Positions 1 to 8,263 are shown, counted from the stretch's first letter. The stretch is 32,000 nucleotides of DNA from Candidatus Nitrosotenuis uzonensis (GCF_000723185.1 NZ_CBTY010000008.1:172677-204676); one strand, 5' to 3'. Program-made: numbers and translations. The notes: generated by a model not told the origin, from the letters alone.

Positions 1-2000
1 ACAGACAGATGACAATCGTGCAGGCAAACGTAACTCTGCTTTTTGAAAAGGACGGCAAAGAATATGTCATAAATATGATTGACACGCCAGGACACATCGA
101 CTTTACAGGCAGGGTCACAAGAAGCCTTAGAGCAATTGACGGTGCAGTTGTAGTATCAGATTCTGTAGAGGGAATCATGACTCAGACTGAAACTGTGACA
201 AGGCAGGCACTTGAAGAAAGGGTAAGACCTGTGCTTTACATTAACAAAATAGACCGACTCATAAAAGAGCTCAGGCTCACGCCGGAAAAGATGCAAGAAT
301 GGCTTGCAAATATTATCAGCACGTTTAACGGATTAATCGACACGTATGCAGAGCCTGAATATAAGGAAAAATGGAAGGTATCAATCCAAGACGGAAGTGT
401 CTCCTTTGGCTCTGCAAAGGACAGGTGGGGCTTTAACATCGATGTGATGAAGGCCAAGGGGATATCGTTCAAGGATATTTACAATGCGTACTCTGATGGC
501 GGCAACGTCGACGAGCTTGCAAAAAAGGCACCACTTGCAGAAGCAGTGCTCGGAATGGTAGTCAAACATCACCCGCCACCGCACATTGCGCAAAAGTACA
601 GGATTCCAAAGATCTGGAAGGGAGACTTGGAGTCTGATATTGGCAAGTCGATTCTAAACTGCGATGACAACGGACCTGCAGTGATGATGATAGTAAACAT
701 GGCAATGGATCCTGCGGCAGGACCTGTGGCGATAGGAAGGCTGTTCTCCGGAACTCTACGTGACGGGCAGATAGTTCACCTAATTGATTCCAAACGTGAG
801 GGCAAAATCCAGTCAGTCAACTTTTTCATGGGCAACCAAAGAGAGATGGTCGGCGAGCTTGGCGCAGGAAACATTCCTGCACTGTTAGGACTTAACGAGG
901 CAAGGGCAGGACAGACTCTGTCGTCAGTAAAGGATGTGGCATTATTTGAGGGAATCCAGTATGTATCAGAGCCTGTAGTGCAAATCGCAGTTGAGGCAAA
1001 GCATCCAAAGGATCTGCCCAAGCTGGTCGAGGCGCTGCGCAGACTTACAATTGAAGATCCAAACCTTGTAGTCAAGATTAACGAGGAAAGCGGTGAGACT
1101 GTCATTGCAGGAATGGGTGTTCTGCATTTAGAAATTGCAGCTTCGCTTATTGCAGATGCTGGTGTGCAGATTGTGACATCGCAGCCATTGATAAACTACA
1201 GGGAGACCATAACTACTGCATCCGATGTTGTAATGGCCAAGTCGCCTAACAGGCACAACAAGATATTCATGAAAGTCGAGCCGCTGGAACCTGAAATCGC
1301 AGATATGATACGAAGCGGCCAGCTTAGCGAGATGAAGGACAAAAAAGAGATTGCAAACATTTTGCGTTCAAAGGGATGGGACTCTGATACTGCAAAGAGC
1401 GTGATGAAGTTTGACCCAAGAGGAAACGTATTTCTTAACGGCACAAAAGGTGTCCAGTTTATCCAGGAATCGACCGACTCGATACTCTCGGGATTTGATG
1501 AGGTAATGAAGGAAGGCCCGCTCACAAAAGAACAGGTAAGAAACTGCAAGTTTACGTTCACGCACTTTGTTCCACATGAGGATACTGCACACAGGGGACT
1601 CTCGCAGCTTAGTCCGGCAGCAAGACGTGCATGCATGGGCGCTATGTTAAAGGCAGGACCTGTATTGCTGGAGCCTATGCTTGGAATTGAGGTAAGGGTA
1701 CCGCAGGACATGATCGGCAATGTAGCGACCGTACTTTCCGGTAAAAGAGGCAAGGTACTTGACATGCAGCAAAAAGGAGTCACAAGCATAGTGATTGGAG
1801 AGGTGCCAGCATCTGAGACGTTTGATTTAGCTGAGATAATGAGAGGCCAGACTGCCGGTAAGGCAATGTGGAACACACACTTTAAGGCATGGACAACGAT
1901 TCCAAAATCAATCCAGGCAAATCTGATTGCAGAGATTAGGAAAAGAAAGGGACTTCCGCCAGACCCGCCATCTGCAGACGAGTTCATCGACAAAGAGTAA
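1..2000 (+). CDS. fusA: Translation elongation factor 2 (aEF-2), 5'-truncated by window edge
   Basis: The reading frame is open to position 1 with no upstream stop. The translation shows GTPase motifs (DTPGHIDF, NKIDR) and the C-terminal diphthamide-site region HEDTAHRG typical of archaeal/eukaryal EF-2. The N-terminal P-loop part lies upstream of the window. Confidence 0.95.
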   Translation, partial: RQMTIVQANVTLLFEKDGKEYVINMIDTPGHIDFTGRVTRSLRAIDGAVVVSDSVEGIMTQTETVTRQALEERVRPVLYINKIDRLIKELRLTPEKMQEWLANIISTFNGLIDTYAEPEYKEKWKVSIQDGSVSFGSAKDRWGFNIDVMKAKGISFKDIYNAYSDGGNVDELAKKAPLAEAVLGMVVKHHPPPHIAQKYRIPKIWKGDLESDIGKSILNCDDNGPAVMMIVNMAMDPAAGPVAIGRLFSGTLRDGQIVHLIDSKREGKIQSVNFFMGNQREMVGELGAGNIPALLGLNEARAGQTLSSVKDVALFEGIQYVSEPVVQIAVEAKHPKDLPKLVEALRRLTIEDPNLVVKINEESGETVIAGMGVLHLEIAASLIADAGVQIVTSQPLINYRETITTASDVVMAKSPNRHNKIFMKVEPLEPEIADMIRSGQLSEMKDKKEIANILRSKGWDSDTAKSVMKFDPRGNVFLNGTKGVQFIQESTDSILSGFDEVMKEGPLTKEQVRNCKFTFTHFVPHEDTAHRGLSQLSPAARRACMGAMLKAGPVLLEPMLGIEVRVPQDMIGNVATVLSGKRGKVLDMQQKGVTSIVIGEVPASETFDLAEIMRGQTAGKAMWNTHFKAWTTIPKSIQANLIAEIRKRKGLPPDPPSADEFIDKE

Positions 2001-2081
2001 AAATAGAATGCCCCTCCTTTACTCACAAAAATAGACGCTGATCAAAGATAATAGTAGAACATGTTTTGTGGGAAATTTTTA

Positions 2082-2204
2082 TCAAGAATTAATTGAATTC
2101 CAACAGCAGCATTCGTTCAATGTACAATCTGGACATTCTTTTGGGGATTTGCTCTTTTCACAATCTTCTGGAAAGCAACTACAATCAGCACATTTAATGG
2201 ACAT
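2082..2204 (-). CDS. Cys-rich micro-protein (40 aa, 9 Cys), candidate metal-binding peptide
   Basis: My own translation of the minus strand gives MSIKCADCSCFPEDCEKSKSPKECPDCTLNECCCWNSINS*. It has an ATG start, and a TTTATAT box (plus-strand atataaa, 2225-2231) lies about 21-27 nt upstream of the ATG. At under 60 aa it is not in the ORF track. No homolog is recognised. Confidence 0.35.
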   Translation of the reverse strand: MSIKCADCSCFPEDCEKSKSPKECPDCTLNECCCWNSINS

Positions 2205-2320
2205 GGTATTATGATGTTTTCAAGATATAAAAACCACTATCATGTCAAACCTTTCAAAGATTACTGTACTTAAATTTCTCTAAAAACAAACAAAATATAT
2301 CACAAAATCAAGACTTTGGC

Positions 2321-2500
2321 ATGGCAAAAAGCATTAGCTGCAAAGATGCAGGAAAGACCTGCAATTGGTCTGCAACAGCAGAATCAGAAGACAAATTACT
2401 AGAGATAACACTAGAGCATGTAAAAGAACACCACAAAGAACTGACAATCAACTCGGAACTCTCAAAGAACATTATGGCGCTAATGAAAGATACAAGCTAA
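2321..2500 (+). CDS. DUF1059-like small protein (59 aa)
   Basis: My own translation gives MAKSISCKDAGKTCNWSATAESEDKLLEITLEHVKEHHKELTINSELSKNIMALMKDTS*. The pattern (N-terminal C-x-D-x-G-x-x-C, acidic stretch, EH..E.H) matches my recollection of the DUF1059 family. An AAATATAT box at 2293-2300 lies 21-28 nt upstream of the ATG. Confidence 0.7.
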   Translation: MAKSISCKDAGKTCNWSATAESEDKLLEITLEHVKEHHKELTINSELSKNIMALMKDTS

Positions 2501-2577
2501 CCTTTACATCTTACCATATTGGAATGATTGTCTTTATTGTACGATCTGACTCTTTTATATTGGAACGAATAATCAAA

Positions 2578-2859
2578 ATGATGCTCAAAATAGACACAGT
2601 GATCCACAACACCAATCTTCCACAAATCAAAGAAAGACTGGAGCAAGCAGGCATTCAACATTATTCCGTATGTGACGTGGATTCTGGCAACTCAAAACAC
2701 TCATTTTACACTTTACGCTCGAAAATAGAGATAATCTGCAAAAATTCACAAAAAGATACGACAATAGAGGCAATCTCAGGTTTGGACGATGGTGGAATAA
2801 TCTATGTTAATCAGCTGACTACACATATTCAGCTAAATTCTGACAATTCTAAAAAATAA
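2578..2859 (+). CDS. Small P-II-like / ferredoxin-fold (beta-alpha-beta x2) protein, 93 aa
   Basis: This is the C-terminal part of track ORF 2365..2859. From MMLKIDTVIHNTNLPQIKERLEQAGIQHYSVCDV...KIEIICKNSQKDTTIEAISGL it resembles P-II/CutA-like proteins but has a very short T-loop region. A TTTTATAT box lies about 17-24 nt upstream of the ATG at 2578. The longer ORF start would overlap the DUF1059 gene. Confidence 0.45.
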   Translation: MMLKIDTVIHNTNLPQIKERLEQAGIQHYSVCDVDSGNSKHSFYTLRSKIEIICKNSQKDTTIEAISGLDDGGIIYVNQLTTHIQLNSDNSKK

Positions 2860-3041
2860 AAAATCTGTCACTGCATCTGGTCTTTCCAACGCCTTTTGGC
2901 CTTTTTGTCGTCATGGTGTTCTGTTGAACAGCTTTTAGGTTAAGAGTTTTTTTGCCGTCATATACATGATTGGCAGTAATATACGGAAGCTCAGGCAGCG
3001 AAAGACACCTGTTATCAAAATATCCAAAAGAGGTAAGAGCG

Positions 3042-3653
3042 ATGAATTACATACCATACGTCCAGCAAATGTACCAAGAACAGCTGCAAAAAGATGCAGG
3101 TCTATTTGCATTTCTGAGAAGATGGGACAAAAGCAGACGGCTAAAAAAATTTGAAGAAAATAAGAATAATCCGCTTTATGCAGGCGCAAACGGAGAGAGA
3201 GTACTGCAAAAACTCTCTGAACTTCCAGATGACTGGCATATACTCTGTAACTTGAGAATAACACTCCCGTTTGCAGCAAGGTACAGCGGATACCGAAATC
3301 TCAGGTCTGCGCAGATGGACTTTGTAACCGTATCAAAAAAGGGCGTATTCCTAATCGAGATCAAAAACTGGAGCGAGAGATTTACAAAAAACTACGAGGG
3401 CTTTAGTCCCTACGAGCAGACTGACAGGGCAGGAAGAGTCCTATGGATTACGCTAAAACCGTTTCTTAATGACATGCGGGTTACAAACGTGCTACTCTCA
3501 ATCGGCAATACCATATCGTACAATCAAAAATACATGTCTGTTCTTGTCACAAGTCTTGAGAAAATAAACCACTTTCTTGAGAACAGACAGTACCGGATGA
3601 CAGAAAATGATGTCTGGATAGCCGTGCACACATTAAAGCAATACGTAGAATAA
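3042..3653 (+). CDS. NERD (nuclease-related domain) protein
   Basis: The motif series GANGERVLQKLSELPDDWHILCNL...QMDFVTVSKKGVFLIEIKNW matches the NERD pattern (GxxGE ... D-hydrophobic-V ... E-x-K). The ATG at 3042 has an AAAATAT box about 19-25 nt upstream. The track ORF starts earlier, at TTG 2970, which is an alternative start. Confidence 0.7.
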   Translation: MNYIPYVQQMYQEQLQKDAGLFAFLRRWDKSRRLKKFEENKNNPLYAGANGERVLQKLSELPDDWHILCNLRITLPFAARYSGYRNLRSAQMDFVTVSKKGVFLIEIKNWSERFTKNYEGFSPYEQTDRAGRVLWITLKPFLNDMRVTNVLLSIGNTISYNQKYMSVLVTSLEKINHFLENRQYRMTENDVWIAVHTLKQYVE

Positions 3654-4205
3654 CTAAGAGTGGCGTCTAAAACAGCATACTGTGTGGTCATTGACAATTC
3701 CCACTGTCTGCATGAATGCATAGCATATGGTAGTGCCCACAAAGCTAAACCCTCTACTTTTTAGATCCTCGCTAATTTTATCAGACAGCGAAGTGGATGC
3801 TGGAATCTGGAAGTGATTCTCAAAGCTGTTTTTAATTGGAATGCCGCCAACAAATCCCCAAATATATGCGTCAAAAGAACCAAACTCTTTTTGCACTTCT
3901 AAAAATCGTTTTGCGTTGTTAATTGCAGATCGCACTTTCAACTTGTTTCTGATAATTCCAGCGTCTACAAGCAATCTTTTGACGTCTCTTTCAGTATATT
4001 TTGCAATTTTTCTTGGATCAAAACCGTCAAACGCTGTTCGGTATGTTGCCCTCCTTTTGAGTATGGTGGACCATGAAAGCCCTGCTTGTGCTCCTTCAAG
4101 TATTAGCATTTCGAACAGACGCAAGTCATCATGTATGGGAATTCCCCATTCTTTGTCATGATATTCTATCATGAGCGGTTCTTGCGCCCACTGACATCTT
4201 TTCAT
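3654..4205 (-). CDS. tag: DNA-3-methyladenine glycosylase I
   Basis: The full-length 183-aa translation has the characteristic YHDKEWGIP, FEMLILEGAQAGLSW and TILKRR motifs and the C-terminal Cys/His zinc ligands (ICYAFMQTVGIVNDHTVCC). Confidence 0.9.
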   Translation of the reverse strand: MKRCQWAQEPLMIEYHDKEWGIPIHDDLRLFEMLILEGAQAGLSWSTILKRRATYRTAFDGFDPRKIAKYTERDVKRLLVDAGIIRNKLKVRSAINNAKRFLEVQKEFGSFDAYIWGFVGGIPIKNSFENHFQIPASTSLSDKISEDLKSRGFSFVGTTICYAFMQTVGIVNDHTVCCFRRHS

Positions 4206-4277
4206 AATAATTTTGATGTTTTGTTTTTTTACAAATACCTTGCTGCAAAATAACTGGAAGAATTACAATGATTTTAT

Positions 4278-4628
4278 TTATTCATTCCAGACGGGCTGCT
4301 TTTTGAGCCATACCACAAGATCCCTGTACAGATGACTTTTTTGAACATTGAGAACGTTGATTTCGACGTTAGTTGAGGACCTTGCCGTTTTGGTGTACTT
4401 GTCATATCTTGTGAACATCACTCTATCAAGGTATGTCTCGCCTTCAATCTCTCTTTTACCAAGATCATCGGATTCTGTGATTGCAAAGCTTACAAAAAGC
4501 ACTCCTTCTGCCCAGTAAGCACTGGCCGATTCCAGAGTTGCTATCAGACTGACAAGATCATCAAGGCTCATCTTGATTATCTCCCTGACTAGGACCTTTT
4601 TGTACGGCTCGTGGATAAACTCGGTCAA
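4278..4628 (-). CDS. Hypothetical protein (116 aa, cytoplasmic-looking)
   Basis: Clean ORF lying 24 nt downstream of, and co-directional with, the metzincin gene. The start is TTG, with an in-frame ATG 19 codons later. No recognisable motifs. Confidence 0.5.
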   Translation of the reverse strand: MTEFIHEPYKKVLVREIIKMSLDDLVSLIATLESASAYWAEGVLFVSFAITESDDLGKREIEGETYLDRVMFTRYDKYTKTARSSTNVEINVLNVQKSHLYRDLVVWLKKQPVWNE

Positions 4629-4652
4629 CTGAACTGGTTTTCAGGCCACTGT

Positions 4653-5486
4653 TTATCTTTCTTTGGTGTATGATAGAACCTGCTCTATCTTTTGCTTTGC
4701 CTTGAGTGCGTTCTCATAAGATGATTTGAACGCATGGTATGATTCCTCATAGTTTGATTCAAGAACGTGCGAGCCCCCCTCGATCTGAAGTCTTTCTGCC
4801 TCGACCAGGTACTTTTTTGCCCACCAATAATGCATCCACACCGCGTCGTATTCTGACTGGCTTTCAAAGGAGGCCGAATTCAGATGCACTTTTGCATCAT
4901 CGAGCAGTAGTGCAAGCGGTATTATGGTCTCGCCTGATAGCTTTTGATATTTTCCTGATGCAGCATTCCAGTCATTTACGGATATTCTCACGCTTTGCGA
5001 GCTCTGAATTTGTAGCGATTCGTAATCATCAACTGTCGGGTACATGGCATCATCCGGATTGTCACTGTGTGGCATTCCAAGCGCATGACCAAGTTCATGC
5101 TTTGTAACAAGCAAAGCATGCTCATATGATACAAGATTCAGATTTTTATCAGCAAAATATCCTAGTGTCACTGCCATGGTGGGCTTGCCGTATGCATTTG
5201 ATGTATCCTCAGAATAGTATCCGATTTTTCCCTCGCCGTGCTGACTGGTCCACTGTACGACAAAGTCTGACTGGTCCACAAACTTGACTGTCTCGAACTT
5301 GAGCCCTGGAATCTTTTTCTCCCAGTATTTTGCTGCCTCTTCGAGCAACCCATCAAACTGTTTTTGCCAATGCTGTGGCATTTTTTCCACATACATGTGT
5401 ATGGTTTCCGCGTATGCAGTATTTGATGCGATTCCAAACAGCATCATGACTGCAAGTGCCGCAAAATAATGTATTCTGCGATTCAC
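4653..5486 (-). CDS. Secreted metzincin (matrixin-like, M10-type) zinc metalloprotease
   Basis: Signal peptide MNRRIHYFAALAVMMLFGIASNTAYA. Active site HELGHALGMPHS followed by the AMYP Met-turn (codons at 5067-5099). GTG start with a CTATATT box 22 nt upstream. Confidence 0.85.
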   Translation of the reverse strand: MNRRIHYFAALAVMMLFGIASNTAYAETIHMYVEKMPQHWQKQFDGLLEEAAKYWEKKIPGLKFETVKFVDQSDFVVQWTSQHGEGKIGYYSEDTSNAYGKPTMAVTLGYFADKNLNLVSYEHALLVTKHELGHALGMPHSDNPDDAMYPTVDDYESLQIQSSQSVRISVNDWNAASGKYQKLSGETIIPLALLLDDAKVHLNSASFESQSEYDAVWMHYWWAKKYLVEAERLQIEGGSHVLESNYEESYHAFKSSYENALKAKQKIEQVLSYTKER

Positions 5487-5508
5487 AAACTAGAACAAAA
5501 TACCATGC

Positions 5509-5515
5509 AATATAG
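5509..5515. promoter_or_regulatory. TATA-like box (AATATAG/CTATATT) in the divergent intergenic region
   Basis: It lies 22 nt upstream of the GTG start at 5486 (minus strand), consistent with archaeal TATA spacing for a leaderless mRNA. It is 37 nt from the GTG at 5552 on the plus strand. Confidence 0.4.
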
Positions 5516-5551
5516 AAAGTTTGGAAATTTTGCCGGTTTTACGGTTCCAAA

Positions 5552-5857
5552 GTGGATCTCAGGCAAAGTTTAACATGCTCGTCGCAAGATCAATCATGGT
5601 TGGAATTTGTAAGAAATGTCTCAAGTGATGACTATATCATAATTACAAACCGGCTACGCTCTGATTTTCATCTATTATTTTACAGAGAAAACGATCCGTC
5701 CACACTTGAAACATTCCGGATTCCAACTCAAGTGGGCAAGCTCACAATAACATACCTGAAGAACGGCACGCTCATTGTTCGAGGCGACGATAAAACAAGA
5801 GAATTCCAGCATGTAGTTGATACCATACGTAATGTGATGGAGTATGACTTATCCTAA
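5552..5857 (+). CDS. Hypothetical protein (101 aa)
   Basis: GTG is the only possible start in this open frame, and there is no clear TATA box of its own. The C-terminal KLTITYLKNGTLIVRGDD stretch faintly recalls TBP-like N-terminal domains of RNase HIII-type proteins. The gene overlaps the convergent protease gene by 9 nt. Confidence 0.4.
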   Translation: MDLRQSLTCSSQDQSWLEFVRNVSSDDYIIITNRLRSDFHLLFYRENDPSTLETFRIPTQVGKLTITYLKNGTLIVRGDDKTREFQHVVDTIRNVMEYDLS

Positions 5858-7276
5858 TAGGCAGTATGCATACCTTGGACTCAACGAAGGATACATTATG
5901 CTGTTAGGATCTGACGAGTGCCCAAGGCCTATAGTGTGACCAAGCTCATGCCTCATTATCATCTCTACCGTATCGACATCATAAAGCTGAAAGCTTCCAT
6001 CGCAGGAATAATCGCCAAGCGCTACTTCTGCAACACCTTTTCCAAGATTTGCATGCCCTAGCACACCTTCGCCAAGGTTTCTTACTACCCATGTGACCCA
6101 TACAGTTGCCTGTTCACGGGCATCCGTATATGTGAACTTGACCCTAGCAGGATTCCCATCTGATGTGGTAAAGTTCTGACTCTCCCAGTATGCTATTGAC
6201 TGGTCTAGCGTGCTGACATGATCTAGCGGAAGCCCAGATGGTTGAACATTGACAAACAGCTTGTAGTGAATAATGTATGTTCCATCGATTATCTCATACG
6301 TAGGGTCCGGAAAGTGCTGGTTGCCGGCCTGTATTTGCTGATCAAAGTTCCACTTGGTATAATCACGCAGGAATTTTTTTATCACATCGCCGCTTGGGTT
6401 GGGATACTCGATGTATCTTTTCTCGCTTGCAACAGTTTGAGCTACTTTCCTTACGTATTTTTCAAACGCTTCAAGCTCTGCTACCTTTTGCGGATCCTGT
6501 CCCTGCAGGTTTGCCGGATCAACTGTGATTATGCCTACTTCAACAAGGTACTGGATGCCCTTTACAAAATCGCTCTGAGTTATCTGGCCTCCTGCCCACC
6601 AGCCTGCAGTGCTCTTTACCCACTGCGGTACAGCTCCGCCTGATGATGTGGCCTGAGGAAGGCCCGATATGTGAATTATCTTCTCTCTTATTAGATATTC
6701 AATCCCGTTTACAAAGTCTTTATCGCCTATCTGGCCTTCGGCCCACCACTTGGCATTGTTTTTGACCCACGAGGGTATCTGCGAGCTTTTCAGCGGCTCC
6801 ACAACAGGAGGTTTTTCTGTAGGCTTGTACGGATACTTTGCGATCACCTTATCAGCATATTCGTTATAGTTTCTGACAACCGTATTGGATGGAGCAAGCT
6901 GGAGTGCGCGCTCAAAATATTTTTTTGCCTCTGCATACTCTGCAAAATTCCCAAATCCGACGCCCAGTCCCACAATGGCGTGGACATTATCTGGTTCTTT
7001 TTGCAGTACCTTGTAAAAGTTGATCATGGATTTTTCATGATATCCAAGATTGCTTTCTGCAACTGCCTTCATCCTGAGCGTCTGTGTGTGGTCTGGAAAC
7101 ATTCCAAGTATCTTATCAAACCCTGAAATGGCTCCAGTGTAATCTCCTTTTGAGAACTTTGACATGGATTCTTTGTAGAGTCTCTCAGCTTCTGCCTTGT
7201 CTTGGGCAACGGCAGCATGTGGAACTGCAAATAGCAAAGAGGCCACAAGTAGGAAAACTAGGACATGATGCAACAA
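5849..7276 (-). CDS. Secreted TPR-repeat / metzincin zinc metalloprotease (475 aa)
   Basis: Signal peptide (M)LHHVLVFLLVASLLFAVPHAAVA with a TTG start. TPR-like helical repeats span residues ~25-140 (YKESMSKFSKGDYTGAISGFDKIL..., AEAKKYFERALQLAP). There are two W-rich ~35-aa repeats. The C-terminal HELGHTIGLGHS...IMYP is encoded at 5918-5950. Confidence 0.85.
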   Translation of the reverse strand: MLHHVLVFLLVASLLFAVPHAAVAQDKAEAERLYKESMSKFSKGDYTGAISGFDKILGMFPDHTQTLRMKAVAESNLGYHEKSMINFYKVLQKEPDNVHAIVGLGVGFGNFAEYAEAKKYFERALQLAPSNTVVRNYNEYADKVIAKYPYKPTEKPPVVEPLKSSQIPSWVKNNAKWWAEGQIGDKDFVNGIEYLIREKIIHISGLPQATSSGGAVPQWVKSTAGWWAGGQITQSDFVKGIQYLVEVGIITVDPANLQGQDPQKVAELEAFEKYVRKVAQTVASEKRYIEYPNPSGDVIKKFLRDYTKWNFDQQIQAGNQHFPDPTYEIIDGTYIIHYKLFVNVQPSGLPLDHVSTLDQSIAYWESQNFTTSDGNPARVKFTYTDAREQATVWVTWVVRNLGEGVLGHANLGKGVAEVALGDYSCDGSFQLYDVDTVEMIMRHELGHTIGLGHSSDPNSIMYPSLSPRYAYCLLG

Positions 7277-7309
7277 TTTGTTTTAGGTTTTATTGAAAAT
7301 AAACGGTTC

Positions 7310-8263
7310 TCATGTGTTGCTCTGAAGGCTTCGCTCAAGCTGGTACAGCTTTTCGATCCTCTTGTATGTCAGAGGATGCGTTCTGAATATCTCGCCGAAT
7401 TTGCTAAAGCTATTGCGCCTCTCCCAATCCATTGCCTTTTGAACCTCTTCTTCTGAAATATGTTGATCCTTATAGTAGGAGGCAAACTTGGACACCTCGT
7501 AGCTGGACGAAACAGGGTCTACTGCAAAAAACGAGCGGAGTGTGGAACTTTTCACTTCCTGCTTTTGAAGGCTCAATCCGTAGGTTATCTTGGCAAGCGC
7601 GTTTGCAAGAAGCGATGGTTTTATCTGCCTTCCAGCAAAATTGTCGGCATAATACTCGCGCAGTCTTGAAAAATACAAAATCAAAAGATTTGTCACAAAG
7701 TATACTGCAAACGCCCCTATCCCTATCATGACGGCACCACCTCCCTGGTTCCTTGATCTGTTAAAAAGAGTCGACATTGCAATAAAGTAGGCAATAGTAG
7801 GAATGACTGATACTATGGTCATGGTCACCATATCATTGTGCTTTATGTGGCCTATCTCATGAGCTATGACTGCCTTTACCTCATCCCTTGTGAGGTTACT
7901 CAAAAGGCCTCGCGTCAAAGTCAGTGTTGCCGACCCGCTTGTTCTGCCGAACACAAACGCGTTTGGCATTGATGTATTTGCTATTGTTATCTTTGGTATT
8001 TTTACCCTGTTTTTGATACACATCTCGTGGACGGTCTCTTCTATCCACGGATATTCTCTGTGATCGAGCGGCACCATGTTTGTACTCCATCGTACTATTG
8101 CAGGCCCTATTGCCCACTGTATCAACCCTAGCACTATTGCCATACCGACAGTAGCGTATATTCCGATGTTAAAGTAGGCCGCAAGCCCTGCAAGCAGCGC
8201 AAATAACAGCCCGAAAACAAGTATCAGAGTAAGACTCATCGATGCTACGAGTCCTTTGATCAT
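7310..8263 (-). CDS. htpX: HtpX-like M48 membrane zinc protease
   Basis: N-terminal TM helices, the HEIGHIKHND zinc motif, further TM helices and a C-terminal region typical of HtpX. ATG start. Confidence 0.9.
   Translation of the reverse strand: MIKGLVASMSLTLILVFGLLFALLAGLAAYFNIGIYATVGMAIVLGLIQWAIGPAIVRWSTNMVPLDHREYPWIEETVHEMCIKNRVKIPKITIANTSMPNAFVFGRTSGSATLTLTRGLLSNLTRDEVKAVIAHEIGHIKHNDMVTMTIVSVIPTIAYFIAMSTLFNRSRNQGGGAVMIGIGAFAVYFVTNLLILYFSRLREYYADNFAGRQIKPSLLANALAKITYGLSLQKQEVKSSTLRSFFAVDPVSSSYEVSKFASYYKDQHISEEEVQKAMDWERRNSFSKFGEIFRTHPLTYKRIEKLYQLERSLQSNT

Noticed and set aside
1196-2026. 276-aa minus-strand ORF, plus smaller minus-strand ORFs at 236-1105 and 1368-1592, inside the EF-2 gene
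   Set aside because: They are antisense to a very strongly conserved gene. The translations are Ser/Cys/Phe-rich, low-complexity shadow frames with no motifs, promoter or signal features.
2365-2577. N-terminal 71 codons of track ORF 2365..2859
   Set aside because: This stretch overlaps the well-supported DUF1059-like gene in another frame and is Arg/Thr-rich junk. The P-II-like similarity and a TATA box support a start at 2578.
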